A stretch of 34,600 bases of DNA from Fidelibacterota bacterium (GCA_043808945.1 JAZDEI010000077.1:1-34600); one strand, 5' to 3'. Shown: positions 1 through 9,436, counted from the stretch's first letter. The notes: generated from the letters alone by a model not told the origin. Program-made: numbers and translations.

Positions 1-1
1 G

Positions 2-1684
2 CTCGAATATTTGGTTTCTTTATTCAGTTTTATCCCGATTTTATTGAATATCATTGAATTCGTCGTGATTTTCCTGTTCGTGCTGGAATTCAGTATACGG
101 ATTGTTCAGGCTCGGTTCCGGCTCATTTTTATCCGCCGTAATCTGCTCGATCTGCTACTGCTGGTTTTTATCGGCGGAGCTTTTATCCTTCAGCGATATG
201 CAGCAGACTTCCTCGATCCCGTAAAAATCCGGATATTTTCGGTTAACTTAATCGTCATCCGCTATTTTGTAGCCATTTTCTACACCCTGAAGTTGTATGT
301 TCGTGACAAGCGGCTGAATGATTATTACCGAAGCCTGGCGGCTCATCCGGCGGTCACGGTTATTCTGAGTTTTATAATCGTAATTCTGGCGGGCACATTA
401 TTCCTGATGATGCCATTTGCAACGAACGACGGCAGTCGGTTAAAGTTGTTGGAGGCATTGTTTACCGCTACCTCAGCGGTTTGCGTGACCGGTCTGGTAA
501 TAATGGACACCGCGACCAGGTTTTCCCTGTACGGACAATTTGTGATAATGATTCTAATCCAGATCGGCGGACTGGGTCTGATGATATTGACTTATTTCGG
601 GGCATTTGTAATCGGTAAACGAATCAGCCTGGAAGAACGCATCGCAATTTCCTACCTGATGAACGAACAGGACACTGCCAGAATCACGGCCTCAATTATC
701 AAGATAATCTTTTTGACTATTTCGATTGAGACTTTGGGAGCGATGTTGCTCTTTCGCTATTTCAAAGATTTGTTTGGAACGGATTTCAAAGCCTTTTTCT
801 TTGCGATATTCCATTCAGTCTCGGCATTTTGCAACGCCGGATTCTCGCTGTTTTCGGATAATTTCGCGGGCTTCCGTTCGAGTATTTATTTGAATGTCGT
901 GATCTGCGGTCTGATCATTGCCGGCGGTTTGAGTTTTGGAGTATTGTCGAACATATTCGAGAATTTGTTTTCAAGAATACGAAACGCTGTGCTGAATAAA
1001 AAAACGCGCCGGCTTGATATTTCCATGAATACGAAAGCCGTGCTGATTGTGACTGGCATTTTACTCGTTTCCGGCACATTGCTGATCTACGGACTGGAAC
1101 ATGGACGGCAGTTGCTGACGCTTGATCTGAAAACCCAATATCTCAGCGCTTTTTTCCAGTCCGTGACGCTCCGGACAGCCGGATTTAATACTCTCGATAT
1201 AGGAAAATTAAGAGATACAACCCTGCTGTTGATGGTGCTTTTTATGTTTGTCGGCGGCGCAACCGGTTCGACGGCCGGCGGCGTGAAAGTGAATACCATA
1301 TTCGTGATTTATGCTTATATCCGGTCGCTAATCCGGGGTGAACCCGATGTGGTCATTTTGAAACATTCACTGACGAGAGATACTGTCAGTCGGGCGTTTC
1401 TAATAATAATTTTATCACTGATATTTGTTTTTATCGGGACGCTTGTTTTGACCATTACTGAAGCATTTCCGCTGACCAGATTAATATTTGAAGAAATGTC
1501 GGCATTTGGAACGGTCGGGTTATCGACCGGAATAACTGCGGAGTTATCCGCGATCGGGAAACTGACCATTATCGTAACGATGTTCATCGGCCGAATCGGC
1601 CCTTTGACGCTGATGTTCGCCATTTTTCAAAGAGGACAGCGCTCGTCTGCTGTGAGGTACCCGGAAGGTGCAATAATATTTTAA
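2..1684 (+). CDS. ktrB: Trk/Ktr-family K+ uptake membrane subunit with an extra N-terminal hydrophobic domain (probably 5'-truncated by the window)
   Basis: Four pore-loop Gly motifs (TSAVCVTGL, VSAFCNAGF, VTLRTAGF, MSAFGTVGLS), GSTAGGVK loop, gating GRIGP and C-terminal YPEG tail. The frame is open back to base 2, so the TTG at 11 is probably not the real start. Confidence 0.9.
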   Translation, partial: LEYLVSLFSFIPILLNIIEFVVIFLFVLEFSIRIVQARFRLIFIRRNLLDLLLLVFIGGAFILQRYAADFLDPVKIRIFSVNLIVIRYFVAIFYTLKLYVRDKRLNDYYRSLAAHPAVTVILSFIIVILAGTLFLMMPFATNDGSRLKLLEALFTATSAVCVTGLVIMDTATRFSLYGQFVIMILIQIGGLGLMILTYFGAFVIGKRISLEERIAISYLMNEQDTARITASIIKIIFLTISIETLGAMLLFRYFKDLFGTDFKAFFFAIFHSVSAFCNAGFSLFSDNFAGFRSSIYLNVVICGLIIAGGLSFGVLSNIFENLFSRIRNAVLNKKTRRLDISMNTKAVLIVTGILLVSGTLLIYGLEHGRQLLTLDLKTQYLSAFFQSVTLRTAGFNTLDIGKLRDTTLLLMVLFMFVGGATGSTAGGVKVNTIFVIYAYIRSLIRGEPDVVILKHSLTRDTVSRAFLIIILSLIFVFIGTLVLTITEAFPLTRLIFEEMSAFGTVGLSTGITAELSAIGKLTIIVTMFIGRIGPLTLMFAIFQRGQRSSAVRYPEGAIIF

Positions 1685-1709
1685 CCATTTTCACTTGTGA
1701 GTTAGTTAT

Positions 1710-3038
1710 ATGCTGAAAAATAAAACCAAACTTTTCCGATTCATGCAGAATGTCACTCCGATTAAAGCCGTACTGCTGGGTTATCTTTCGTATACGCTTT
1801 TCGGCTGGATATTGTTATGCCTGCCGTTTTCTCAGACGAGCCACATATCGATTCTGGATAATTTATTTATCGCAACTTCAGCGATATCGACGACCGGTTT
1901 GGCGCCGATCAGCGTTGCGGATTCTTATACGTTTTTCGGGGAACTCGTTATTTTACTGCTAATTCAGCTGGGTGGTATCGGATACATGACTTTCGGCTCT
2001 TTCATTATTCTGGCCGGTAGCAGTGAAGGTTTATCGCTCGAAAGGCAGGAAATCTCAAAGGTAGTATTCAGTCTGCCGCACGGTTTTCGGATAAAAGAGT
2101 TTATCATGAGAGTTGTGTATTTCACTATTTGGATCGAATTGATTGGTTCGATTTTATTATACATAATCTTTGTCCACGCCGGCGTAGCGTCGCCAGTCTG
2201 GAGCGCTATTTTTCATTGCATTTCTTCATTCAATACCGCCGGATTCGGTTTATACAATAACAGCTTCGAAAGTTTTTACAGCAATGTGCCACTGAATCTC
2301 ACAATTGGGACGCTCAGCTATTTTGGGGCAATCGGGTTCATTGTATTTGTCGATGTATGGAGGAGAATTAAAGGCGAGATTAAACATGTCACGCTGACGA
2401 CCAGTATTATTATCCACACAACGTTCTGGATGAGTGTTGTCGGCATGCTACTGCTCTATACGACCGAGCCTTCCATTGTACGCCTGCCTCAGAGCGACCG
2501 GATTCTGACCGCCTTTTTCCAGACAATGACGGCCATGACAACGGTAGGTTTTAATACCATTCCAATAGGCGGTATTACGAAAGCTTCCCTGTTACTGTTA
2601 ATAATATTGATGGTAATCGGTGCATCGCCGGCCGGAACAGGCGGCGGTTTGAAATCCACTACTTTCACCGCGATGCTCGGAGTTATTAAAAGTACTTTAA
2701 AAGGAGAACAGGGGGCTCGTTTTTGGGGACGCGCAATTCCATACGGGCGGATCATGGTGGCTTCGGCTTCCTTTGGCCTTTATACTATTTTACTGATCTC
2801 GGGAACATATTTACTGTCCTTGACGGAAAACGCCAATTTTGAGAGTATCTTTTTCGAAGTTGCCTCGGCTATGGGAACCGTCGGTCTGAGTGCCGGTCTG
2901 ACATCTTCATTAACGATTTTAGGAAAAATCTTGATTATCCTGCTGATGTTCATCGGGCGTTTAGGACCGCTGACTTTTGGGATGGCAATCATTAGTACTA
3001 GTCGGGATACCAATCGCACTGAAGATTTAGCCGTTTAA
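1710..3038 (+). CDS. ktrB: Second Trk/Ktr-family K+ uptake membrane subunit
   Basis: Pore loops TSAISTTGL, ISSFNTAGF, MTAMTTVGF, ASAMGTVGLS; AGTGGGLK loop; GRLGP; 442 aa, hydrophobic. Confidence 0.9.
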   Translation: MLKNKTKLFRFMQNVTPIKAVLLGYLSYTLFGWILLCLPFSQTSHISILDNLFIATSAISTTGLAPISVADSYTFFGELVILLLIQLGGIGYMTFGSFIILAGSSEGLSLERQEISKVVFSLPHGFRIKEFIMRVVYFTIWIELIGSILLYIIFVHAGVASPVWSAIFHCISSFNTAGFGLYNNSFESFYSNVPLNLTIGTLSYFGAIGFIVFVDVWRRIKGEIKHVTLTTSIIIHTTFWMSVVGMLLLYTTEPSIVRLPQSDRILTAFFQTMTAMTTVGFNTIPIGGITKASLLLLIILMVIGASPAGTGGGLKSTTFTAMLGVIKSTLKGEQGARFWGRAIPYGRIMVASASFGLYTILLISGTYLLSLTENANFESIFFEVASAMGTVGLSAGLTSSLTILGKILIILLMFIGRLGPLTFGMAIISTSRDTNRTEDLAV

Positions 3039-3080
3039 ATAAACTGAAAAAGTTAAAAAAGGAAAGTCGCAGGTAGAAAA

Positions 3081-3770
3081 ATGGCAAAGAAAAAAGTTTT
3101 CGGAGTGTTCGGTCTGGGAATATTCGGAATGGAGGTCTGCCGGACGTTAGCGGCCAAAGGGCTGGAAGTGATCGCCATAGATAAGGATTCAGTGGCAATC
3201 GAAAAAGCTAAAAATATTGTCTCACAAGCCATCCTGATTGATAGCACCGATGAAGATGCGCTCCGCAATGCACCGATCGATGACATTGATGTTGCCATTG
3301 TAGGTGTCGGCGAAAATATTGAAGTCAGCATTCTGACGACAGCACTCCTCAGGAAACTGGGTGTCACTCATATTATTGCACGGGCAGGTTCCGATATTCA
3401 CGCGCAGGTTCTGACCCAGATTGGCGCCAACGAAGTCATCAACATCGAGCTCGAAGAGGGCGCCAGGGTGGCTAACCGCCTGATCTCACCCGACATTAAA
3501 GACAAAATTTATGTCGGCAAGAATCAGGTGATAGCTGAAGTCACCGCTCCCCGTAGTTTCATCGGTAAATCGATCGTACAACTCGATCTGCGCAAACGGT
3601 ACAACATCAATATCATTTCGATCAAGCGCATCCGTACCGACATCGACGACAGCGGGCTGCCTTCTGAAGAAGAGATCATGAATTTTCCCAGCCCTGATTT
3701 GACATTGAAGAAAGATGACGTGCTGGTGGTGGTCGGCAGTCAAAACGACATCGAGGATTTAAAGGACTAA
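3081..3770 (+). CDS. ktrA: KtrA/TrkA-family RCK regulatory subunit (RCK_N + RCK_C)
   Basis: Rossmann GLGIFG, VIAID, IGANEVI; C-terminal FIGKSIVQLDLRKRYNINIISIKR and DDVLVVVG; follows two ktrB genes. Confidence 0.92.
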   Translation: MAKKKVFGVFGLGIFGMEVCRTLAAKGLEVIAIDKDSVAIEKAKNIVSQAILIDSTDEDALRNAPIDDIDVAIVGVGENIEVSILTTALLRKLGVTHIIARAGSDIHAQVLTQIGANEVINIELEEGARVANRLISPDIKDKIYVGKNQVIAEVTAPRSFIGKSIVQLDLRKRYNINIISIKRIRTDIDDSGLPSEEEIMNFPSPDLTLKKDDVLVVVGSQNDIEDLKD

Positions 3771-3773
3771 GCC

Positions 3774-4619
3774 ATGTACCTGATCTCAAAACTGCGCCTG
3801 TATATGATATTTGCCGGTTTCGTGGTGCTGATTGTTCTGCTGACGATCAACAGTTATTTCGTTTTTATAAAACTCAATCCCGAACACGCTCTGTCGGCCA
3901 AATACTTCGCGGAGAATATCATTTTTTATACGCTGATCGGGCTGATCATTCTGGCGATTCTGCTGGCAAACACGATCTCGCGTCACAAAGACCTTCTCAG
4001 GGAGTTGGATAAAATTGTCGAATTGTCATTGCAAGGTACGAATTCGCTCCAGGTCCAATTCAAGAAGCTGGGATTGCTCGGCGAAAAGATTAGCGAGATC
4101 AATGGCAATCTGAATTCATTGAATGAACTGAAATCGCAGAAGATCAGCGCCCAGTCCGGCCTGGTCAATTCCCTCCTGGAAAAGACCGATGCCCGTCTGC
4201 TAATAACTAATACCGAAGGTCGTATCCTGAAAGTCAGCAACGGCTTGTTTGATTACCTGCAAGTAACTGAAAAACGGTTTGCTAATGTGTTTATCGATGA
4301 TTTACTGACCGATATCGATCCGTCCCAATTGATCAATAATTTGCGGCGGACAAAAAGCGTCGGCGTTAAAAGTCGTCTCGTAGCGGAACGGGAGCGGCCG
4401 GTGATCGATTCGGTCTGGGCGTTTTTTCCGATCTTTAATGCGCGCAGTGAATTGGTTTATTGCCTGGGTTTGCTTAGCGAACAGAAAGTAATACCGATGC
4501 CCGTGAACCCCGCTATGCCTGTTGCCCAGCCGCAGGAACCGTCGGCGACCGTGATCGACCGGATCACCGACTTCGTGCGCTCCAAATTCGAGCGGCCCAA
4601 AAACGAAGACCGAACCTGA
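3774..4619 (+). CDS. Hypothetical inner-membrane protein: two TM helices, HAMP/coiled-coil-like linker, PAS-like domain, no output domain
   Basis: Two hydrophobic stretches in the first 66 aa; helical linker; PAS-like LLITNTEGRILKVSN...FFPIFNARSELVYCLGLL; Pro-rich tail; starts 3 nt after the ktrA stop. Confidence 0.7.
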   Translation: MYLISKLRLYMIFAGFVVLIVLLTINSYFVFIKLNPEHALSAKYFAENIIFYTLIGLIILAILLANTISRHKDLLRELDKIVELSLQGTNSLQVQFKKLGLLGEKISEINGNLNSLNELKSQKISAQSGLVNSLLEKTDARLLITNTEGRILKVSNGLFDYLQVTEKRFANVFIDDLLTDIDPSQLINNLRRTKSVGVKSRLVAERERPVIDSVWAFFPIFNARSELVYCLGLLSEQKVIPMPVNPAMPVAQPQEPSATVIDRITDFVRSKFERPKNEDRT

Positions 4620-4695
4620 AGGCAATTCGATATAACCAATGAAAATAATTAACGATAAAAAATTAACTCGATTTATTAAGAAGGTGGAGGCAAAT

Positions 4696-5445
4696 ATGCG
4701 ACTCATCAGCGCCTTAACGGCAATGTTCATCGTCTTTGCCGCGTGCGAAAAAGAGATTGATGTCAATACCAACAAGGATACTTACAGCGATGACATCTCC
4801 GATATCACTTATCTGAACGGAGGATTCTATACCACTAATTACGATCTCTCCGGCCATTCCGGTTCGCAGATCGATCTCTTCAAATTTACCGCCGACGGCA
4901 AGAATGTTGACGACGCTTTTGATCTTGGGATGAACGGTCAGGGTTACCTGGCGATCACCAACGACGGCAAGGACATTTACATGCAGTCGAACTGGTTTTA
5001 CTGGATCATCAAATGCTCACCGGTTGGCGAGCTGGTTTATGTAAAATCCGACAGCCTGCCGGGTAAATGGCACGCCGCCGGGATTTGCTATCGTGACGAT
5101 CTCGATTCGCTGGCGCTCTTTTATAATAACAGCGACGCACCGCTGGAATATCGTGTCCGGATCGTGTCAAAAGCCGATCCCGAAGTTGCCAGCCATGACA
5201 CTACCGTTGAATTCAATTTCCTCGATCAGACCTGTGGCATCTATGCGGCCGATTATTACAATCCGAATTATTATCTGCTGGGTGTGAATTCGAATGGTGA
5301 GGACGTGTTGATTGAAACGGATGTACGGCTGAATGTCCTCTCCACCGATACGATCGGCGACAGTACCGTCGTCGGACTTTGTCACAAGGACGGCAACCTG
5401 TACCTGTCTTTCCGCGACCGCCGCATCGAGCTCTGGGCGAATTGA
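4696..5445 (+). CDS. Putative lipoprotein, beta-propeller-like
   Basis: GGAGG RBS before ATG 4696; signal MRLISALTAMFIVFAA-C with lipobox; about five blade-like repeats (DITYLNGGFY, AITNDGKDIY, GICYRDDLDSL, AADYYNPNYY, GLCHKDGNLY). Confidence 0.7.
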   Translation: MRLISALTAMFIVFAACEKEIDVNTNKDTYSDDISDITYLNGGFYTTNYDLSGHSGSQIDLFKFTADGKNVDDAFDLGMNGQGYLAITNDGKDIYMQSNWFYWIIKCSPVGELVYVKSDSLPGKWHAAGICYRDDLDSLALFYNNSDAPLEYRVRIVSKADPEVASHDTTVEFNFLDQTCGIYAADYYNPNYYLLGVNSNGEDVLIETDVRLNVLSTDTIGDSTVVGLCHKDGNLYLSFRDRRIELWAN

Positions 5446-5594
5446 TCTGATCGCCGGTATTATTTAAACCGCCCCCATCAGACCGGATAATCCAAGCCGG
5501 TCAGACGCGAACTGATCGCCACAGTAATTTGATAGCCTGATCCAAACTCGCCATCTTAAATAGTTCGCATTAGTTCTGAGCCGGAGATAATTCC

Positions 5595-5623
5595 TTGCAT
5601 AAGGATGTTAGAAAATTTAAATT
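5595..5623 (+). promoter_or_regulatory. Putative sigma-70 promoter of the ffh operon
   Basis: TTGCAT-N17-TAAATT, about 30 nt upstream of the ffh ATG. Confidence 0.55.
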
Positions 5624-5652
5624 TACCCGCTTTATTGAATTTGGTTTGATTA

Positions 5653-6978
5653 ATGTTTGAACAACTACAAAATGGCTTAAGTACGGTATTAAAATCTCTG
5701 CGCGGAGAAGGGCGGATTACTGAAAGTAATATCGCCGATGCAATGCGTCAGATCAGGCGGGTGCTACTCACTGCCGATGTTAATTATAAAGTCGTCAGGG
5801 ATTTCATCCAGGCTGTTCAGGAAAAGGCCATCGGTGTGACGGTTGCCAAAAGCCTGACGCCCGGACAATTAGTAGTAAAAATCATTCATGATGAAATGAC
5901 GCACCTGCTGGGAGACCGGAGCCGTAGTCTGAAAGAGGCTTCCATACCACCGACAATTATCATGCTGGTCGGATTGCAGGGTAGCGGTAAGACAACCTGC
6001 GCCGCCAAACTGGCCTATCATTTAGCCCGGACAAAACATTCACCCGTGCTCGTACCGGTCGATGTCTATCGGCCGGCGGCCGAAGAACAACTGGAAATAT
6101 TAGCCCGGCAGATTCAGATTCCCTGTTACCGCTCAAGTTCAAACGTTGTTGATCGTATTAAAGAGGCTGTTACGTTTGCGCGCCAGCAACATCGCGATAC
6201 TTTAATCATCGATACTGCCGGACGTCTGCATATCGATGAGGAAATGATGGCTGAACTTCAGGCGATTCGCGAAGTCATCAAACCACAAAATATTTTACTG
6301 GTTGTCGATGGTATGACCGGTCAGGATGCGGTTAACACGGCCGCTTCTTTCAACGAACAGATCAGTCCGGACGGGATAATTCTGACCAAGATGGACAGCG
6401 ATACGCGCGGCGGAGCCGCCCTGACGATCGTCAAAACCACCGGTAAACCGATCATGTACATGGGAACCGGCGAAAAAACCAGCGATTTTGAGATTTTCCA
6501 TCCTGAGCGGGTCGCTGGCCGGATACTCGGAATGGGCGATCTTGTTTCCTTGGTCGAAAAAGTTCAAACGGCCATAGACGTCGAATCCGTCTCCCGTCTG
6601 GAAAAAAACTTCCGGAAAGAGCGCTTCACGCTTGAGGATTTTCTGGCCCAACTGAAACAAATGAAGAAACTGGGGCCGCTGGAAAACATAATGGAGCACA
6701 TTCCCGGAATGGCCAGAATGCGCGCGGGAAATCAACAGATCAATGAAAAAGAATTTCACAAGGCTGAAGCCATTATTCAATCGATGACTAAAGTCGAACG
6801 ACTAAAACCGGATTTAATCAATGGCAGTCGGCGACGCCGGATCGCGGCCGGGAGTGGAACCCAGCCGCAGGATGTGAACCGCCTGCTTAATCAATACTGG
6901 CAGATTATTAAGTTAATGAAACAGATGGGCCATATGAAGATGCCCAAGAACCTGTCTGCCTTTGGACTTGGACTATAA
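5653..6978 (+). CDS. ffh: Signal recognition particle protein Ffh
   Basis: GLQGSGKTT, DTAGR, TKMD GTPase motifs; RILGMGD; M domain with SRRRRIAAGSG. Confidence 0.98.
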   Translation: MFEQLQNGLSTVLKSLRGEGRITESNIADAMRQIRRVLLTADVNYKVVRDFIQAVQEKAIGVTVAKSLTPGQLVVKIIHDEMTHLLGDRSRSLKEASIPPTIIMLVGLQGSGKTTCAAKLAYHLARTKHSPVLVPVDVYRPAAEEQLEILARQIQIPCYRSSSNVVDRIKEAVTFARQQHRDTLIIDTAGRLHIDEEMMAELQAIREVIKPQNILLVVDGMTGQDAVNTAASFNEQISPDGIILTKMDSDTRGGAALTIVKTTGKPIMYMGTGEKTSDFEIFHPERVAGRILGMGDLVSLVEKVQTAIDVESVSRLEKNFRKERFTLEDFLAQLKQMKKLGPLENIMEHIPGMARMRAGNQQINEKEFHKAEAIIQSMTKVERLKPDLINGSRRRRIAAGSGTQPQDVNRLLNQYWQIIKLMKQMGHMKMPKNLSAFGLGL

Positions 6979-6996
6979 AATAAAAGGAGGAAATTC

Positions 6997-7500
6997 GTGG
7001 CAGTAAAAATCAGATTACTACGTATGGGAAGAAAAAAGAAACCTTTTTATCGTATTGTAGCAATTGATACCAAAAGCCGTCGCGATGGACGGTATCTTGA
7101 AAAAGTCGGATATTACGACCCGTTGACCAGACCGGCAACAGTTAAAATAGAAAAAGAAAAAGTACTCAGCTGGCTGGAAAAAGGCGCAACACCTTCGGAA
7201 ACAGTATTTAATCTGCTTCAAAAAGAAGGTATTGCTCTGGAATGGCATTTGACCCGCACCAAAATGAGCGATCAGGCGAAAAATGTCGAAATTCAAAAGT
7301 GGGAATTATCCCGCAAGAATCAGACGGATGGTGCCGGCGTAGTTGAAAAACCGGTCGTCACCGAGCCGAAGAAAAAAGCCGAACCGGAGAAACTGGTAGA
7401 AGAAGAAGTCATTCCCATCACGGAAGTCGCTGAGGAAATTACGGTTGAAACCGACGACGCGCCAGGTGAAGAACAACCGGAAGAAAATCCGGAAGCCTGA
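6997..7500 (+). CDS. rpsP: 30S ribosomal protein S16 with a long acidic C-terminal extension
   Basis: MAVKIRLLRMGRKKKPFYRIVAID...RDGRYLEKVGYYDP; AAGGAGG RBS; GTG start. Confidence 0.97.
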   Translation: MAVKIRLLRMGRKKKPFYRIVAIDTKSRRDGRYLEKVGYYDPLTRPATVKIEKEKVLSWLEKGATPSETVFNLLQKEGIALEWHLTRTKMSDQAKNVEIQKWELSRKNQTDGAGVVEKPVVTEPKKKAEPEKLVEEEVIPITEVAEEITVETDDAPGEEQPEENPEA

Positions 7501-7606
7501 GAACATTTAGAAAAAAAAGATTCTTTTACTATTTATTACTAAATTTTAAGGACAGATTTTTGAAGGATTGATGTCGTCTGAAACCAGAAAATAAGGAGTG
7601 ACACTT

Positions 7607-7840
7607 ATGAAAGACTTCGTTGAATTTGTCGTGAAAAAATTGGTTGATCATCCTGAAGAAGTAAAAGTTACTCAAATTGAAAGTGAAAAAACCGTAATTC
7701 TGGAACTACAGGTCAAAGAAGGTGACCTTGGAAAAGTGATTGGAAGAAATGGTAGAACGGCCAAATCATTGAGAATACTATTGAGTGCTGCCGCCGCCAA
7801 ACAAGGTACAAAAAGAGCGATTTTAGAGATTATCGAATAA
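7607..7840 (+). CDS. khpA: KH-domain RNA-binding protein KhpA (YlqC family)
   Basis: MKDFVEFVVKKLVDHPEEV...DLGKVIGRNGRTAKSLR (GxxG loop); conserved position between rpsP and rimM; AAGGAG RBS supports ATG 7607. Confidence 0.93.
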   Translation: MKDFVEFVVKKLVDHPEEVKVTQIESEKTVILELQVKEGDLGKVIGRNGRTAKSLRILLSAAAAKQGTKRAILEIIE

Positions 7841-7859
7841 TCTCGGAGGTGGATTATAG

Positions 7860-8354
7860 GTGCTTTCGCCGTTTGGGTCCATTTCGAGAAGTCATGGGTT
7901 GAAAGGTGAAGTACTGATAAACCGGGGCTCTCTGGAAATTGCGAGTGGAGATAAGCCAAAGGTACTCTGGCTCGGAGAAAGTGCGCAGGTTGCCCGACCG
8001 TGGGCAGTCGAATACCTGCGGGGAAGTACCAAAACTGTTTATTTGAAATTGCGAGATATTAATTCCCGGCAGGAAGCGGATTATCTGAGCGGACTTCAGA
8101 TTTTTAAAGAGGCAGAGCAAAAAACGACCGTCAGTATTAATGACCTGGTCGGTTACCAGGCACGGATTGTCAATTCGTCCGAAAATCACGGTGTTATCCG
8201 GAAGGTGGATGAAACCAATCCGCAGGCTTTGTACGTCGTGCAATCCGGCAACCGGACTTTTCTGGTACCGGCCGTTGCCGACCTGATTGAGAAAATCGAT
8301 CACGAAAATCGAATTGTTTACTATAAAGATATTGAAGGTTTGTTTCCCGCATGA
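7860..8354 (+). CDS. rimM: 16S rRNA processing protein RimM
   Basis: GSISRSHGLKGEV, DLVGY, FLVPAV...IEKID; operon position; GGAGGT RBS. Confidence 0.92.
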   Translation: MLSPFGSISRSHGLKGEVLINRGSLEIASGDKPKVLWLGESAQVARPWAVEYLRGSTKTVYLKLRDINSRQEADYLSGLQIFKEAEQKTTVSINDLVGYQARIVNSSENHGVIRKVDETNPQALYVVQSGNRTFLVPAVADLIEKIDHENRIVYYKDIEGLFPA

Positions 8355-9058
8355 AAATCTATATCGCAACCGCGTTCCCGGGAATGATTACAGCCTGTCT
8401 GGCGGAGAGTATGTTCCGCAAAGCCGTCGAAAACGGAGGTGTCGAGTTCAATGTTTGGAATCTGCGGGATTTTTCGCGTGATAAACATAAACAGATCGAC
8501 GACAAACCGTACGGCGGCGGGGCCGGAATGGTTCTGAAACCGGAGCCGTTCTTCCGGGCTTATGATAAGATCGTCAAATTGACCGGCAAGAAAAAACCGC
8601 GGGTAATTTTTCCCTCTCCTCAGGGGAAGATATTCAGTCATAATTTAGCGGTTGATTTGGCGCAGGAATCGGATTTGACATTTTTCTGCGGACATTACAA
8701 AGGAGTGGATGAAAGAGTCATCGCGAATTTGGTGACTGATGAAATCAGCATCGGCGATTACGTCCTGACCGGCGGCGAACTGCCGGTTCTAGTCTTAGTC
8801 GATGCGATCATCCGTCACATTCCGGCCGTCCTGCACTCCTATGAATCGGCCGAGACCGATTCATTTGCCGATAATTTGCTCGAAGGGCCCATTTATACGC
8901 ATCCGCAGGTTTACCGCCGTAACAGCGTACCGGAAATATTGACTTCCGGCAACCATGCCAGAATTGCGGCCTGGCGACAGGAACAACGCGTAATCAGAAC
9001 TCGCCAAAGAAGAAATGATTTAATTGAAAACTTGACAAATAATGAAATTGGAGGATAA
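8351..9058 (+). CDS. trmD: tRNA (guanine-N1)-methyltransferase
   Basis: [52 protein letters not shown]; ATGA overlap with rimM. Confidence 0.98.
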   Translation: MKIYIATAFPGMITACLAESMFRKAVENGGVEFNVWNLRDFSRDKHKQIDDKPYGGGAGMVLKPEPFFRAYDKIVKLTGKKKPRVIFPSPQGKIFSHNLAVDLAQESDLTFFCGHYKGVDERVIANLVTDEISIGDYVLTGGELPVLVLVDAIIRHIPAVLHSYESAETDSFADNLLEGPIYTHPQVYRRNSVPEILTSGNHARIAAWRQEQRVIRTRQRRNDLIENLTNNEIGG

Positions 9059-9063
9059 CTACA

Positions 9064-9408
9064 ATGGATAAATTAACCGCCGCAGTCGCGGATCAGTTCA
9101 AAACTGATATACCAGATTTTAAACCGGGCGATACCGTCGCGGTCGAAGTCAAAATCGTTGAAGGCGATAAAGAACGTATCCAGGTTTTTCAGGGAGTAGT
9201 AATTTCCCGGAGTGGTGGGGGCATCAACGAAACATTTACAGTTAGAAAGATTTCTAACGGAATCGGAGTCGAGCGCATATTTCCGGTTCATTCCCCGAAA
9301 ATCTCGAAAATCTCACGGATTACGATTGGAAAAGTCCGCCGCGCCAAACTTTATTACCTGAGAAGTTTAAAAGGCAAAGCCGCTAAAATTAAAGAAGGCC
9401 ATCGTTAA
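9064..9408 (+). CDS. rplS: 50S ribosomal protein L19
   Basis: [39 protein letters not shown]. Confidence 0.98.
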   Translation: MDKLTAAVADQFKTDIPDFKPGDTVAVEVKIVEGDKERIQVFQGVVISRSGGGINETFTVRKISNGIGVERIFPVHSPKISKISRITIGKVRRAKLYYLRSLKGKAAKIKEGHR

Positions 9409-9436
9409 GCCGTCAATTTTACGGAAACCGTTCTCG

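Noticed and set aside
5446-5652. SRP RNA (ffs) next to ffh
   Set aside because: The conserved CAGG...GGAA...AGCAG domain IV motif was not found on either strand.
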